A stretch of DNA of 64,000 bases from Gemmatimonadota bacterium (lineage in GTDB: Bacteria; Gemmatimonadota; Gemmatimonadetes; Gemmatimonadales; GWC2-71-9). Below, one piece after another: positions 42,276-51,909 of the stretch. Position 1 is the stretch's first letter; every line of letters begins with the position of its first letter. The translations under genes were made by a program, and so were the position numbers. The stretch spans positions 51,479 through 115,478 of the forward strand of contig JBDHBX010000006.1 of the NCBI GenBank assembly GCA_039592335.1, read 5' to 3'. Below the pieces are notes generated by a model. The model saw nothing but the letters and a program-made list of their open reading frames with translations. It did no database searches and was not told where the DNA came from.

Positions 42276-42302
42276 TGAAACCGCCTGGCCGCGCCTCCCG
42301 TA
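42276..42302 (+). promoter_or_regulatory. Putative ECF sigma promoter
   Basis: TGAAAC-17 nt-CGTA, 39 nt before ATG 42342; preceded by an AT-rich imperfect palindrome at about 42225-42247. Confidence 0.5.
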
Positions 42303-42341
42303 GGGTAAGGCGTAACCGCAAAGGAAGCTGGGGACGGAACG

Positions 42342-42974
42342 ATGTCTACGACTCGCAGAGTCTTGGTGGCGGTAGGCGCGCCCCTCGTGCTGCTGTTGGG
42401 CCTGGGGACGCTGTGGGGCTGGCGCAACGCGGCCACGCTCAAGGCCCAGATCGAGGCCTGGGCGGACAGTCTGGAGCACAGCTCCAATCCGGTCACGATG
42501 GAGCTCTCCTTCCTGCCGATGTACGTCGAGGGCGACAAGATCGGGAAGCTCCAGGCGGTAATCGTGCAGCGCGAGCAGCCCGCGACGGTGGACAGTCTGA
42601 CACTGGTGATCGACCTGTCGGATGAGGCCAACGCCGACGAGCTGGCCAGCTGCCACTTCCACCTGGACCCCGACGCCATCGACCGCGAAGGTCCGATGGG
42701 GTACAAGGAGGCGATCCACTGTCTCTCCGATCCAGGGGAACTCGTTCGCTTCGGCAGCGTGGAGTTCGCCGGGACGGATCAGCACTCGGGGCTGTACCTC
42801 GATATGAAGGACCTTCCCTGCGACCACATGAGCCACAGCGACACGGGGCCGTGCGTCGAGTTCGTGGATGAGATCCAGCGCATCAAGGCGGAGATCCGCA
42901 GCGAGGTACGAAACATCCGGATGGAGATCCGCAACGACGTGCGCCAGAACACTCGGGTCAGGATCAAGAACTAG
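42342..42974 (+). CDS. Hypothetical membrane-anchored protein
   Basis: N-terminal TM helix, four Cys, C-terminal coiled-coil-like repeat; coding-like codon bias. Confidence 0.7.
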   Translation: MSTTRRVLVAVGAPLVLLLGLGTLWGWRNAATLKAQIEAWADSLEHSSNPVTMELSFLPMYVEGDKIGKLQAVIVQREQPATVDSLTLVIDLSDEANADELASCHFHLDPDAIDREGPMGYKEAIHCLSDPGELVRFGSVEFAGTDQHSGLYLDMKDLPCDHMSHSDTGPCVEFVDEIQRIKAEIRSEVRNIRMEIRNDVRQNTRVRIKN

Positions 42975-42996
42975 GCGCGAGCACGAGCCGTATCCG

Positions 42997-43030
42997 CCCC
43001 GCCTGGCTCGGTGAGCTAGGCGGGGTTTCT
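42997..43030 (+). terminator. Intrinsic terminator
   Basis: CCCCGCCTGGCTC-GGT-GAGCTAGGCGGGG followed by TTTCT. Confidence 0.65.
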
Positions 43031-43089
43031 GTATGCCGTTCTCTTCTTCCCGCTTCCCCCCTCCCGCGTCCCGACAGTACGTTCCCTCC

Positions 43090-45084
43090 ATGGCCGAGAG
43101 CGTCATCCCCACCACCTGCCCCCTGGACTGCCCCGATACCTGCGCCCTCGAGGTGAGGGTGCGCGACGGGCGGATCGAGCGTATTGCGGGCGGTGGCGAT
43201 CACCCGGTGACCGATGGGTTCATCTGCACCAAGGTGGCCCGGTTCGCGCAGCGTGTGTATCACCCGGAGCGATTGACCACCCCGCTGCGCCGTGTGGGGC
43301 CGAAGGGCACCGGAGAGTTCGCGCCGATCGACTGGGAGGAAGCGATCGCCGAGATCACGGGTCGTATCCGCGCGATCAAGAAGAAGTGGGGTGGGGAAGC
43401 CATCCTGCCATATCACTACGGCGGCTCCAACGGGTACCTCAGCGACGGATTGCTCGACCACCTCTACTTTGCGCGGCTCGGCGCGTCGCGACTGCTGCGG
43501 ACACTCTGTGCCGGTCCTACCACGGCGGCGGCTACGGGCATGTATGGCAAGATGCCCGGCGTCGCGTTCGAGGACTTCGTGCACGCGAAGTGCATCGTGA
43601 TCTGGGGCGCCAATCCCAAGGCCTCGAACATCCACCTGATACCGTTCGTCAGGGAAGCGAAGCAGCGGGGCGCCTTCGTGGCCGTGGTGGATCCGGTCCG
43701 GAATCTCACCGTGCGGGAGGCCGACCTGCACCTCCCCGTGCTGCCGGGCACCGACCTCCCGGTGGCGCTGTCGATGATCCGACTGTGGCGCGAGCAGGAA
43801 TGCCTCGACGACGGATTCCTGGCACAGCACGTGGTCGGGCTCGAGGAGCTGGTGGAGGCCGCCGAGAAGTGGCCCCTCGAGCGCGCTGCGGCGGAGGCCG
43901 GTGTGCCGGCAGCGGACATCGAGCGGCTAGCCCGGGTGTATGCCGATGCCGCTCCAGCCGTGATCCGCTGCGGCTGGGGGCTGGAGCGCAACAGCAACGG
44001 TGGTCACGCGGTCGCGGCGATCCTCGCCATGCCGGCGCTGCTCGGGAAGTTCGGGGAGCGGGGCGGCGGGTACACGCTGAGCAACAGCGGGGCTGGGAAG
44101 TTCGATCGCGACGCCGTGCTCGGCCCGGTCGAGTGGACCGCGCGGGAGATCAACATGACCCCGCTGGGCGAGGTGCTGACCAGCCCGCTCGTCCCGCCCA
44201 TCGAAGCGCTCTTCGTCTACAACTGCAACCCAGTGGCCACCGTGCCCGATCAGCACGCCGTGCTGCGCGGACTGGAGCGCGAGGATCTCTTCACCGTCGT
44301 ATTCGATCAGATCATGACCGACACGGTGCCGTACGCGGACGTGGTGCTTCCCGCCACGACGTTCCTGGAGCACTACGATCTGCGGATGGCGTACGGCAGC
44401 TACGTGGTGGGTGGTGTGCAACCGGTGGTGCCTCCGCCCGGTGACGCGAAGTCCAACCACGAGGTGTTCGCGCTGCTGGGGCAGGCCATGGGCTTCGAGG
44501 ACGAGGCGTTCGGCTGGGACGAGCAAACCGCTCTCCAGCGGACCGCGGAGGCGCTGTCGCTCGGGCGGCGGAAAGCTGACGGCGGAGTCGCGCGAGGAGG
44601 CGTAGCGCGGTTCGACTTCCCCGGCGCGACGCCGGTCATGTTCGAGACGGTCCTCCCTCGAACGGCGGACGGCAAGGTCCATCTCGCGCCGGGGGAGCTG
44701 GGGAGCCGTCCCTATGCCTACCGGCCGCCGGACGCCACGTACCCGCTGGCGCTGATCAGCCCCGCGACCTCGAAGACCGTCTCCAGCACGATGGGGGAGT
44801 ACAATCTCCGCGCGCTCTACGCAGAGCTCCACCCCGACGACGCCGCGCCCCGGAAGATCGGCGACGGCGATCCCGTGCGGGTGCACAACGAGCTGGGGGA
44901 GGTCGTGTGCCTCGCGCGCGTGCGCGATCGCGTGCGCCCGGGAGTGGTTTCGATACCGAAGGGCGCGTGGCGCCGGGCGTCACTCTCGGGCTTCACCAGC
45001 ACGGCGCTGTGTCCCGCCCACGTGAACGACGTGGGCGGCGGAGCATGCTACAACGATGCGCGGGTGGAGGTGGAGCGGGCCTAG
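43090..45084 (+). CDS. Cytoplasmic molybdopterin oxidoreductase (DMSO reductase superfamily)
   Basis: CPLDCPDTC...C 4Fe-4S motif, RLTTPLRR, WGANP, TDTVPYADVVLPA, C-terminal HPDDA domain; no Tat signal. Confidence 0.92.
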   Translation: MAESVIPTTCPLDCPDTCALEVRVRDGRIERIAGGGDHPVTDGFICTKVARFAQRVYHPERLTTPLRRVGPKGTGEFAPIDWEEAIAEITGRIRAIKKKWGGEAILPYHYGGSNGYLSDGLLDHLYFARLGASRLLRTLCAGPTTAAATGMYGKMPGVAFEDFVHAKCIVIWGANPKASNIHLIPFVREAKQRGAFVAVVDPVRNLTVREADLHLPVLPGTDLPVALSMIRLWREQECLDDGFLAQHVVGLEELVEAAEKWPLERAAAEAGVPAADIERLARVYADAAPAVIRCGWGLERNSNGGHAVAAILAMPALLGKFGERGGGYTLSNSGAGKFDRDAVLGPVEWTAREINMTPLGEVLTSPLVPPIEALFVYNCNPVATVPDQHAVLRGLEREDLFTVVFDQIMTDTVPYADVVLPATTFLEHYDLRMAYGSYVVGGVQPVVPPPGDAKSNHEVFALLGQAMGFEDEAFGWDEQTALQRTAEALSLGRRKADGGVARGGVARFDFPGATPVMFETVLPRTADGKVHLAPGELGSRPYAYRPPDATYPLALISPATSKTVSSTMGEYNLRALYAELHPDDAAPRKIGDGDPVRVHNELGEVVCLARVRDRVRPGVVSIPKGAWRRASLSGFTSTALCPAHVNDVGGGACYNDARVEVERA

Positions 45085-45166
45085 CCTACGGCCGCCGGCT
45101 CGGCGCCAGGTGCACGTCCCCCCTCACCGCCTGCATGCCGGGCGATGAGGGGCGTCGCGTCTCCAA

Positions 45167-47653
45167 CTAGTCCTCGGGATCGAGGATGTGATCGATGCGT
45201 GCCAGGGCGTCCTGCAGGTGAACCCGCGTCGCCGCGTTGAGGCGGCGGTTCAGGGCCTGCCCGATGTCGCGTTGCAGGATCCCCAATTCACCGCGCGCGT
45301 AGGCGCGGATGTCGGACTGCGACACGTTCACACCGTTGACCGAGCCGGCAGAGAAGCTCGGTAGCCGGCGCGGCTCCTCCGTCATGAGCCACGCCATCCG
45401 CTCCAGGTAGCCGCGCTGCAGATTGCGGCGGTACACGGTAATGGAGCCTCCGCTGCGTAGCTCCGTCCACACGGCACCCCGCAGGTCCTCCATCATCTCG
45501 CCCAGGCCGTACGCGCTGCTCCCCACGCGGGCCTCGGCCTCGATGAGACGCTGCATGCGGCGCGGGTCGAGCACCAGGTTGAGGACGCGCACCTGGAGGC
45601 CGCGCATCCGCTCCACCGTGCCCACGTTCTCGATGCGGCGCAGGATGTCCTCGTCGATGATCCAGGTTGGCGGCGTGAACGCCTGCTCCGAGAGAAACTG
45701 CATGGCCCGGCGCTGGTCCGCGTCCGGGACGAACTCGTACACCGCGCCGTTTTGGCTGTACCGTTTGGAGGTCTGCACCACGCCGCCGATGTAGGTGGCC
45801 ACGTGCCCCATGTAGCGGTTCCACTGCGCCAGCACCTGGCCGTACAGCAGGCGCAGCTCGGAGTAGTCCTCCAGATCCCGGTAGGTCCAGGTCACCAGGT
45901 TGGGGACGATGCGCTTGAGGTTGGCGATGCCGTACGTGCTGGCGAGCATAGCGTCGTCGCCAATGGCCTCGGTCTGTGAGGTCGGATCAATGGTGCTGCG
46001 GTTGCCGAAGTGGTACATGGGATCGTCGTACCGCTCGCGGATCCAGGCGTCGAGCGTCTCGCGCTCGGCGTCGGCCGAGGTCGCCTCTACGATGGGGCGG
46101 TAGCCCCAGCGAATGGAGTGCTTGTCGTACACGCCGATCCCGTTCATCCAGCAGACACCCTCGTCCCCGGGCTGGGCCACGTAGTTGAACCGGGCGTAAT
46201 CCATGATGGAGGGCGCCGTTCCCATGGCGCAGCTGAAGCTCGCCGAGCGCAGCGAGTCCACGGGATAGGCGGAGCTGGCCTTCATGTTGTGCGGCAGTCC
46301 GAGGGTGTGCCCCACCTCGTGGGCCGCCACGAAACGGATCAGCTCACCCATCACTTCGTCGTCGAAGGCCACGCTGCGGGCGTCGGGGTTGGCAGCGGCC
46401 GTCTGCACGAAGAACCAGTTGCGCAGCAGATTCAGCACGTTGTGGAACCAGCCGATGTCACTCTCCAGGATCTCGCCCGAGCGCGGGTCGTGAACGTGCG
46501 GGCCGTACGCGTTCCGCACCGGGGAGGGAAACCAGCGGATCACCGAGTAGCGGATGTCTTCCGGGCTGAACTCCGGGTCCTCCTCGGGTGAGGGCGGATC
46601 CTTCGCGATGATCGCGTTGCGGAACCCGGCCTCGGCGAACGCCGTGTTCCAGTCCTCCACGCCCTGTTTGAGGTAGGGGCGCCACTTCTCTGGCGTCGTC
46701 GGATCGATGTAGTAGACGATGGGCTTCACCGGTTCCACCAGCTCGCCCCGCAGGAACGCCGCCGTGTCTGTGGGCTCCAGCCGCCACCGCGTGATGTAGC
46801 GCCGGGTGGTCACTTGCTGGTCGCTGCGGCCGTAGTCCACCTGCTGTAGCCGGAAGAACCCGACGCGCTCGTCCCACATGCGGGCCTGCATCGGCCGCTC
46901 GGGCAGCAGGATCATGGAATGGTTCATCTCCAGGGAGATGCTGCCCGTGGCGCCGTTGGACGGCGGTTGCGTCGCGACGTACGTCATCACCACCCGCACC
47001 TCGATGTTCTGCGGGTAGCTGTGTGCCCAGGTCACGAACGTGCGGTCCTTGTCCAGGGTGCGGATCTTGAACCGTTCACGGGTCGAGCGGCTGAGCCCCA
47101 GCACCGGCACGTCGCTGGTGAACAGCGGCGTCACCTCGATCACCGCGGCGAGCGTGTCGGCGCTCAGGGCGTCTACCTTGAACGTCGCGATGTCGAACGC
47201 CCGCACGATGGGCTCGAAGTTGGCGTTGCGGACCGCCTCGAAGATGGGCAGCGAATCATCGGCCACGTTGGTGTAGGACACGATGCGCAGCAGCACGCGA
47301 TTGTCGTGCCGCTGCCAGCGGACCGTCTCCGTGTTGTTCTTCTCACCGCCGTAGCCGATGTTTGTCGCGGTCCGGGCGCGGCGGGAGACGAGCAGCATCT
47401 CGCGCTCGAGCATTCCCAGGGGGATCTCGTAGTACCACTTGTCCTCCACCTGGTGTACCACGAACAGGCCCGAGTCGGACTTGGCCTTGGCCGTGATGAC
47501 CTCGGCGTACGGCTTGATCTTGGGCTTGTCCCGCTGCTGGCTGGGCTGTGCTTGTGCCTGGGGCGAGGGCGTCGTCTGGGCATTGCCCTTGGCGCATCCG
47601 ACTGCCGCGACGGAGCCCAGCAGGATCAGCATGGCGGTGAGCGAGCGCTGCAT
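45167..47653 (-). CDS. Zinc-dependent metalloprotease lipoprotein (DUF5117/DUF4953 type)
   Basis: Lipobox VGC; DPRSGEI, HEVGHTLGLPHN, SIMDY Met-turn. Confidence 0.92.
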   Translation of the reverse strand: MQRSLTAMLILLGSVAAVGCAKGNAQTTPSPQAQAQPSQQRDKPKIKPYAEVITAKAKSDSGLFVVHQVEDKWYYEIPLGMLEREMLLVSRRARTATNIGYGGEKNNTETVRWQRHDNRVLLRIVSYTNVADDSLPIFEAVRNANFEPIVRAFDIATFKVDALSADTLAAVIEVTPLFTSDVPVLGLSRSTRERFKIRTLDKDRTFVTWAHSYPQNIEVRVVMTYVATQPPSNGATGSISLEMNHSMILLPERPMQARMWDERVGFFRLQQVDYGRSDQQVTTRRYITRWRLEPTDTAAFLRGELVEPVKPIVYYIDPTTPEKWRPYLKQGVEDWNTAFAEAGFRNAIIAKDPPSPEEDPEFSPEDIRYSVIRWFPSPVRNAYGPHVHDPRSGEILESDIGWFHNVLNLLRNWFFVQTAAANPDARSVAFDDEVMGELIRFVAAHEVGHTLGLPHNMKASSAYPVDSLRSASFSCAMGTAPSIMDYARFNYVAQPGDEGVCWMNGIGVYDKHSIRWGYRPIVEATSADAERETLDAWIRERYDDPMYHFGNRSTIDPTSQTEAIGDDAMLASTYGIANLKRIVPNLVTWTYRDLEDYSELRLLYGQVLAQWNRYMGHVATYIGGVVQTSKRYSQNGAVYEFVPDADQRRAMQFLSEQAFTPPTWIIDEDILRRIENVGTVERMRGLQVRVLNLVLDPRRMQRLIEAEARVGSSAYGLGEMMEDLRGAVWTELRSGGSITVYRRNLQRGYLERMAWLMTEEPRRLPSFSAGSVNGVNVSQSDIRAYARGELGILQRDIGQALNRRLNAATRVHLQDALARIDHILDPED

Positions 47654-47717
47654 CGTGTCTCTCCCGTGTGCGTCTGGTTGGCCTGGCCGGGAAAGCTAGA
47701 AGGGGGGACGCCGCATG

Positions 47718-47758
47718 AGCAACGGCCCCGCCGGTAGGTCACCGACGGGGCCGCTGCT
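47718..47758 (-). terminator. Long terminator-like hairpin after the cupredoxin gene
   Basis: Minus strand AGCAGCGGCCCCGTCGGT-GACCT-ACCGGCGGGGCCGTTGCT. Confidence 0.6.
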
Positions 47759-47778
47759 GGCTGAACAACGACGGGGAA

Positions 47779-48597
47779 TCAGCTCACCGTGATCTCTTGC
47801 ATCATCCCGTGCAGGAAGTGGGGTCGGAGGTCACCCCTGTCCGGTACCCAGCAGAGCACGGTGTACTCGCCGGGCTCGAGGTACGTCGAGTAGCTGACGT
47901 GGTGGCCCGCGTTCATACCGGTAATGCTGCCCACGATGCGGCCGGGCGGCGGCCCTTCGTCTCCGGCCTCCATCCACTCCAGGAACTCCTCGACCGACTT
48001 CCCGGGCTCGGTCTGGATGATGATCATGTCGTGGACCTGCGGCCCGGCGTTCTCGATGCGGAAGGTCACGTCCCCGCTCGGTATGGGCCCCGAGAACCCG
48101 AAGGCGTAGTCGGCCATCTGCACCGTCACGTCGGGCGTCGGCTCCGGGGTGGGCTGCTGCTCGGACTCCACGACTTCCAGCACTCGCGTCATGCCCTTCA
48201 TGAGGTGCGGTACCGCGTCGGGGGAGGGGACGAAGCAGATCAGCACGTAGCGCCCCGCCTCGAGTGGCAGAGTGACGCTCGAGGTGTCGCCTGGCAGGGC
48301 CTCGCCAGGTCCGCCGACGTAGGCGACGTACTCCGGCCAGTAGTTCTCGGTCTTGTACTCTTCCAACAGCTCGTCCACCGTCCGGCCTGGCTCGATCCGG
48401 GCAATGACGGCATGGTGAGTTTCGGCACCGCTATTCACCATGCGCACCGTCGTGACGCCGGCCGGGACCTGCTCGGGCGCTTCGTAGCCGTAGTCGCTTG
48501 CGACGACGGTGATGGTGTTGGGTGCCGGTGGCTCCTGCGGGGCGCATGCGACGAGCACGCACGCCAGGAGTACTGCGGAGGCTGAACCGTGGTTCAT
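47779..48597 (-). CDS. Two-domain cupredoxin-like lipoprotein
   Basis: Lipobox LVAC; two repeats of H...C-x2-P...H-x3-GM (CFVP...PHLMKGM, CWVP...PHFLHGM). Confidence 0.78.
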   Translation of the reverse strand: MNHGSASAVLLACVLVACAPQEPPAPNTITVVASDYGYEAPEQVPAGVTTVRMVNSGAETHHAVIARIEPGRTVDELLEEYKTENYWPEYVAYVGGPGEALPGDTSSVTLPLEAGRYVLICFVPSPDAVPHLMKGMTRVLEVVESEQQPTPEPTPDVTVQMADYAFGFSGPIPSGDVTFRIENAGPQVHDMIIIQTEPGKSVEEFLEWMEAGDEGPPPGRIVGSITGMNAGHHVSYSTYLEPGEYTVLCWVPDRGDLRPHFLHGMMQEITVS

Positions 48598-48730
48598 GGG
48601 AGGCCCTCTGTATGGGAAGGCGTCAACCTATGGTCTGTTGCCGACCCGGGCAAGCCCCCGACGCGTGGATTGACATCGCAGGCTGTTCGCGTCAATCGTT
48701 GCCGTGGTTACCTACCCTTCGTGAGGTCTC

Positions 48731-49648
48731 GTGACCGCACCTGTCCGCCGCGAGCTGAAGAACCATCAGGGCCGCAGTGCCACGACCATCCATGGGTGGC
48801 CGTCGGTGCTGTTCGGGCTGCCGTTCTTCGGGGTTGGGGTCGGGGCCCTCGTGGTGTGGCGCGTCGCGCCGGAGCAGGTCGAGGGGCCGACCCCCCTGTT
48901 GCTCTGGTTCGGCGTCGTGTTCGGGTTCGTGGGTTTCTCGCTCATCCTGCACGGCCTCAAGGGACTGCGGCTGCGGGCGCGGGTGGCGGAGCGCCAGCGC
49001 GCGCACCCGGACGAGCCCTGGATGTGGGATTACTTATGGGACCGCTACGGAGCGCGGGACGATAGTGCGCGGCGGGTCAGGAAGGCGTTTTTCGGTGCCG
49101 CCTTCCTCGTGGTGTTCATGGTGCCGTTCAACTACGTGGGGTTCGTGCTCGACGACGTGCCGGGGCGCTGGCTTTGGGTGGGGATCGTGGGGCTGTTCGA
49201 CGTGATCGCGGTGGTGGTGGTGGGCTATGCCTTCTACATGCTACTTCGTTACCTCAAGTACGGCACCAGTGCCGTGAGCTTCGAGGCCTTCCCCTTCCGG
49301 CTGGGCGACCGGGTGAACCTCCGCTTCCTGGGACCGGGGCGGAGCGAACTGCTCGAGCCCATGGCGGTGACCCTGCGGGCCGTCGAGGAAGCGTATGAGA
49401 CACGTGGCTCTGGCAAGAACCGGAGCCAGCAGGTGGTGTGCTACGAGACGTACGTCGATACACAGGCCGTCGATGACGTGCGCAGGCGCTGGGAGGGACG
49501 CCGCGGCCTCGCGCTGGAGTTCGACCTGCCAGGCGAAGCGGCGGGCACCCGCCTGAGCGAGCGCCCGCCGCGCTATTGGGAGTTGGAGATCATCGCCGAT
49601 GTGCCCGGTGTGGACTACAAGGCGGTGTTCCTGCTCCCGGTGTACTAG
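48731..49648 (+). CDS. Hypothetical integral membrane protein
   Basis: Four hydrophobic segments and a C-terminal soluble domain ending PGVDYKAVFLLPVY. Confidence 0.75.
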   Translation: MTAPVRRELKNHQGRSATTIHGWPSVLFGLPFFGVGVGALVVWRVAPEQVEGPTPLLLWFGVVFGFVGFSLILHGLKGLRLRARVAERQRAHPDEPWMWDYLWDRYGARDDSARRVRKAFFGAAFLVVFMVPFNYVGFVLDDVPGRWLWVGIVGLFDVIAVVVVGYAFYMLLRYLKYGTSAVSFEAFPFRLGDRVNLRFLGPGRSELLEPMAVTLRAVEEAYETRGSGKNRSQQVVCYETYVDTQAVDDVRRRWEGRRGLALEFDLPGEAAGTRLSERPPRYWELEIIADVPGVDYKAVFLLPVY

Positions 49649-51303
49649 CTACCGCCCTCCAGCACCGCCATGCCCTGCTCGAACATGATGTCCACCGGGA
49701 TGGCGGCGTCGGCCAACCGGTCGAGGTCTGCCTGGAGCTGCGGGCCGATGACGCCCTTCTCCCTGATCAGCTCGGCGGCACCGTTGTAGTTGCCGTCACC
49801 CTGGAGGGTGAGGATGACCTCCGACAGGGCGGTCATCGCCTGTCCCATGCGCTCGAAATCCACACGGTACGTCCCCGTGGCCTCGTCACGGCTGAAGGCG
49901 CCCGTCTCCTGGAAGAAATTGAAGCGAACCATGTTAGCCCTGCCGTGTGCGCTCGACGCCCCGAACCGGATGGAGCGGAAGATCCCGGCCAGGAACGTGA
50001 CGTAGTTGTCGCGCAGATCGCCCTCGGTGATGGTGCTCTGCTCCCGCAACTTCGTCACCATGTACAGCCCGAGAATGTCGGCCTTGCCCTCTTCCATGGA
50101 TGAGGCGAGGTCGCGCAGCGCCTGGCGCACCGTGCCCTGCTCGTTGATGGTGTTCTTGACGCCGAGGCCGTGCGCCACCTCGTGGAACATGGTGTTGCCG
50201 AAGAAGGCGTCGAACGTGACGTGCTGCCGCTGATCCTCGGCGATCAAGACGCCCGCGATGGGGAGCATGATCCGGTCAAACTTGGCGCGCATCGCGTTCT
50301 TGAGCTGCAGCCGCCGGGTCCCCTTCTCGAGCTGCACGGTTTCGTCGTTGGGCAGGTTGATGGCGATCGTCTTGGAGCCGGCGTTGGCGTCGCCCGATAC
50401 GTAGACCACATCGTAGGCGTTGAGGTCGGCGTCACTGCCGGGCATCTCCCGCTTGTAGATGTCGGCCACGGGGAGCCCGCGCTGTAGGTCGGGCAGGTAC
50501 TGCGCGAAACGGGCCAACCGGCGGCTCCACTCGAGGTCCTTCACCAGCACGAACGTCTCGAAGGCCGCTTTGTAGCCGAACAGTTGGTCCTCGTACGTCT
50601 CGATGGGTCCGACCACGACCTCGATGGTGTTGTCCTTCATGTCCATCCAGGCCATGTCGCTGGCCTGGTACTCGTCGGTCAGGAGCGCCTCGGCGCGGAG
50701 CTCGAGGTAACGACGCAGACTTCGCTGCGGTGCGAGTGCTGCGGCCTCTCGCAACTTGTCCGATGCCACCTGGAGCTCGGCGGAGAACGCCTCCGAGTAC
50801 GGCACGGCGGTGAGCGATCCGTCGGGCGCGCGGCGCACCAGTGTGTAGAGCCCGCGCAGCTGCTCCGCGACCCCGGCGGGGGCGTCCGTTGCGGCTTCGA
50901 AGTCTCCACTCGTCATGTCGGCCGGATAGAGATTGGCGCCCGCCGGCTTGGCTCCCACGCCGGGCAGAAACGGTTCGTCGCCGGCGAGACGGTCCCACGG
51001 ACCGTAGTTGATCTCCAGGTACTGCCGGGTGGCCGGATCGTCGGTGCTCGCGAGCAGTGAGTCCTTGTTGCCGTAGGCCTGCTGCCAGAACAGGACGTCC
51101 ATCTGATCGGCGGCCTCGATGAGCAGCGGGATCATCTGTCGCTCGGCGTCGCTCAACCCGCTCAGGTCGGCGGTGAGCTGCACCGTGGCGTACTGCTCGA
51201 CGCGATCCTGCATGGTCATCTCCCCGGTAGCACAGCCCGCCAGCAACGCGAGCACGACGACCCCGCGCAGCGCCCGTCCCCCTCCCACCAGATCCTCGCG
51301 CAT
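49645..51303 (-). CDS. Peptidase M49 (dipeptidyl peptidase III-like) lipoprotein
   Basis: Lipobox LAGC; GPIETYED, AINLPND, HEVAHGLG, EEGKAD. Confidence 0.88.
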   Translation of the reverse strand: MREDLVGGGRALRGVVVLALLAGCATGEMTMQDRVEQYATVQLTADLSGLSDAERQMIPLLIEAADQMDVLFWQQAYGNKDSLLASTDDPATRQYLEINYGPWDRLAGDEPFLPGVGAKPAGANLYPADMTSGDFEAATDAPAGVAEQLRGLYTLVRRAPDGSLTAVPYSEAFSAELQVASDKLREAAALAPQRSLRRYLELRAEALLTDEYQASDMAWMDMKDNTIEVVVGPIETYEDQLFGYKAAFETFVLVKDLEWSRRLARFAQYLPDLQRGLPVADIYKREMPGSDADLNAYDVVYVSGDANAGSKTIAINLPNDETVQLEKGTRRLQLKNAMRAKFDRIMLPIAGVLIAEDQRQHVTFDAFFGNTMFHEVAHGLGVKNTINEQGTVRQALRDLASSMEEGKADILGLYMVTKLREQSTITEGDLRDNYVTFLAGIFRSIRFGASSAHGRANMVRFNFFQETGAFSRDEATGTYRVDFERMGQAMTALSEVILTLQGDGNYNGAAELIREKGVIGPQLQADLDRLADAAIPVDIMFEQGMAVLEGGS

Positions 51304-51351
51304 ATTGGAACCTCTCGTTCGTGTATTCGTGGCTGGAGTGTGTGTGGAGGG

Positions 51352-51385
51352 GAAAATATAACGCCGCTCCCCGGAGGGAGCGGCG
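51352..51385 (-). terminator. Intrinsic terminator
   Basis: 10-bp stem CGCCGCTCCC/GGGAGCGGCG followed on the minus strand by TTATATTTT. Confidence 0.75.
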
Positions 51386-51410
51386 CCGTGTTCCCGCACG
51401 CGGGGCTACG

Positions 51411-51860
51411 TCAGTTCATCAGTGGCGGCATGTTGGTGGCTGTGAAAAGCCCGGCGGCCACCGGCCCGATCAGCGTCGAGTGGGTCCATTCCCCGACGAG
51501 TCCGGGCGGAAGGGTCTCCAGGTCAAACGCGCCCGACAGGAGCACGTTGTTGTCTGCGACGTTGGGGTTGAGGTCCAGGATCGTGCCGTCCGTCGAGAGC
51601 AGACCCAGCAACGCTCCCTCGCCGACCTGTGGTCCCACCTCCGTCGTCTGATCTGCGCCGGGAGCCCAGCCGATGATCCAGCTGCCGGTGATCGTCGAGT
51701 CCTCGTGGAACGTGAGGTCGAGCTGCCCTATGAGAAGTACGGTGCCGCTGGAGTCCGTCGCCCGGTACTCGTAGATGCCGTTCAGCTCGGCGGGTCCTGT
51801 TGCGTCGGAGCACGCCAGCCCTGCCACGGCGAGAATAAGTCCGAACCAGAGTCGTTTCAT
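51411..51860 (-). CDS. Hypothetical lipoprotein
   Basis: MKRLWFGLILAVAGLAC lipobox; AGGAGG RBS. Confidence 0.75.
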   Translation of the reverse strand: MKRLWFGLILAVAGLACSDATGPAELNGIYEYRATDSSGTVLLIGQLDLTFHEDSTITGSWIIGWAPGADQTTEVGPQVGEGALLGLLSTDGTILDLNPNVADNNVLLSGAFDLETLPPGLVGEWTHSTLIGPVAAGLFTATNMPPLMN

Positions 51861-51909
51861 CTTGCCACCCCTCCTGTTGTGTATCTTCCGTCCCAATCGT
51901 GGACTCTCG

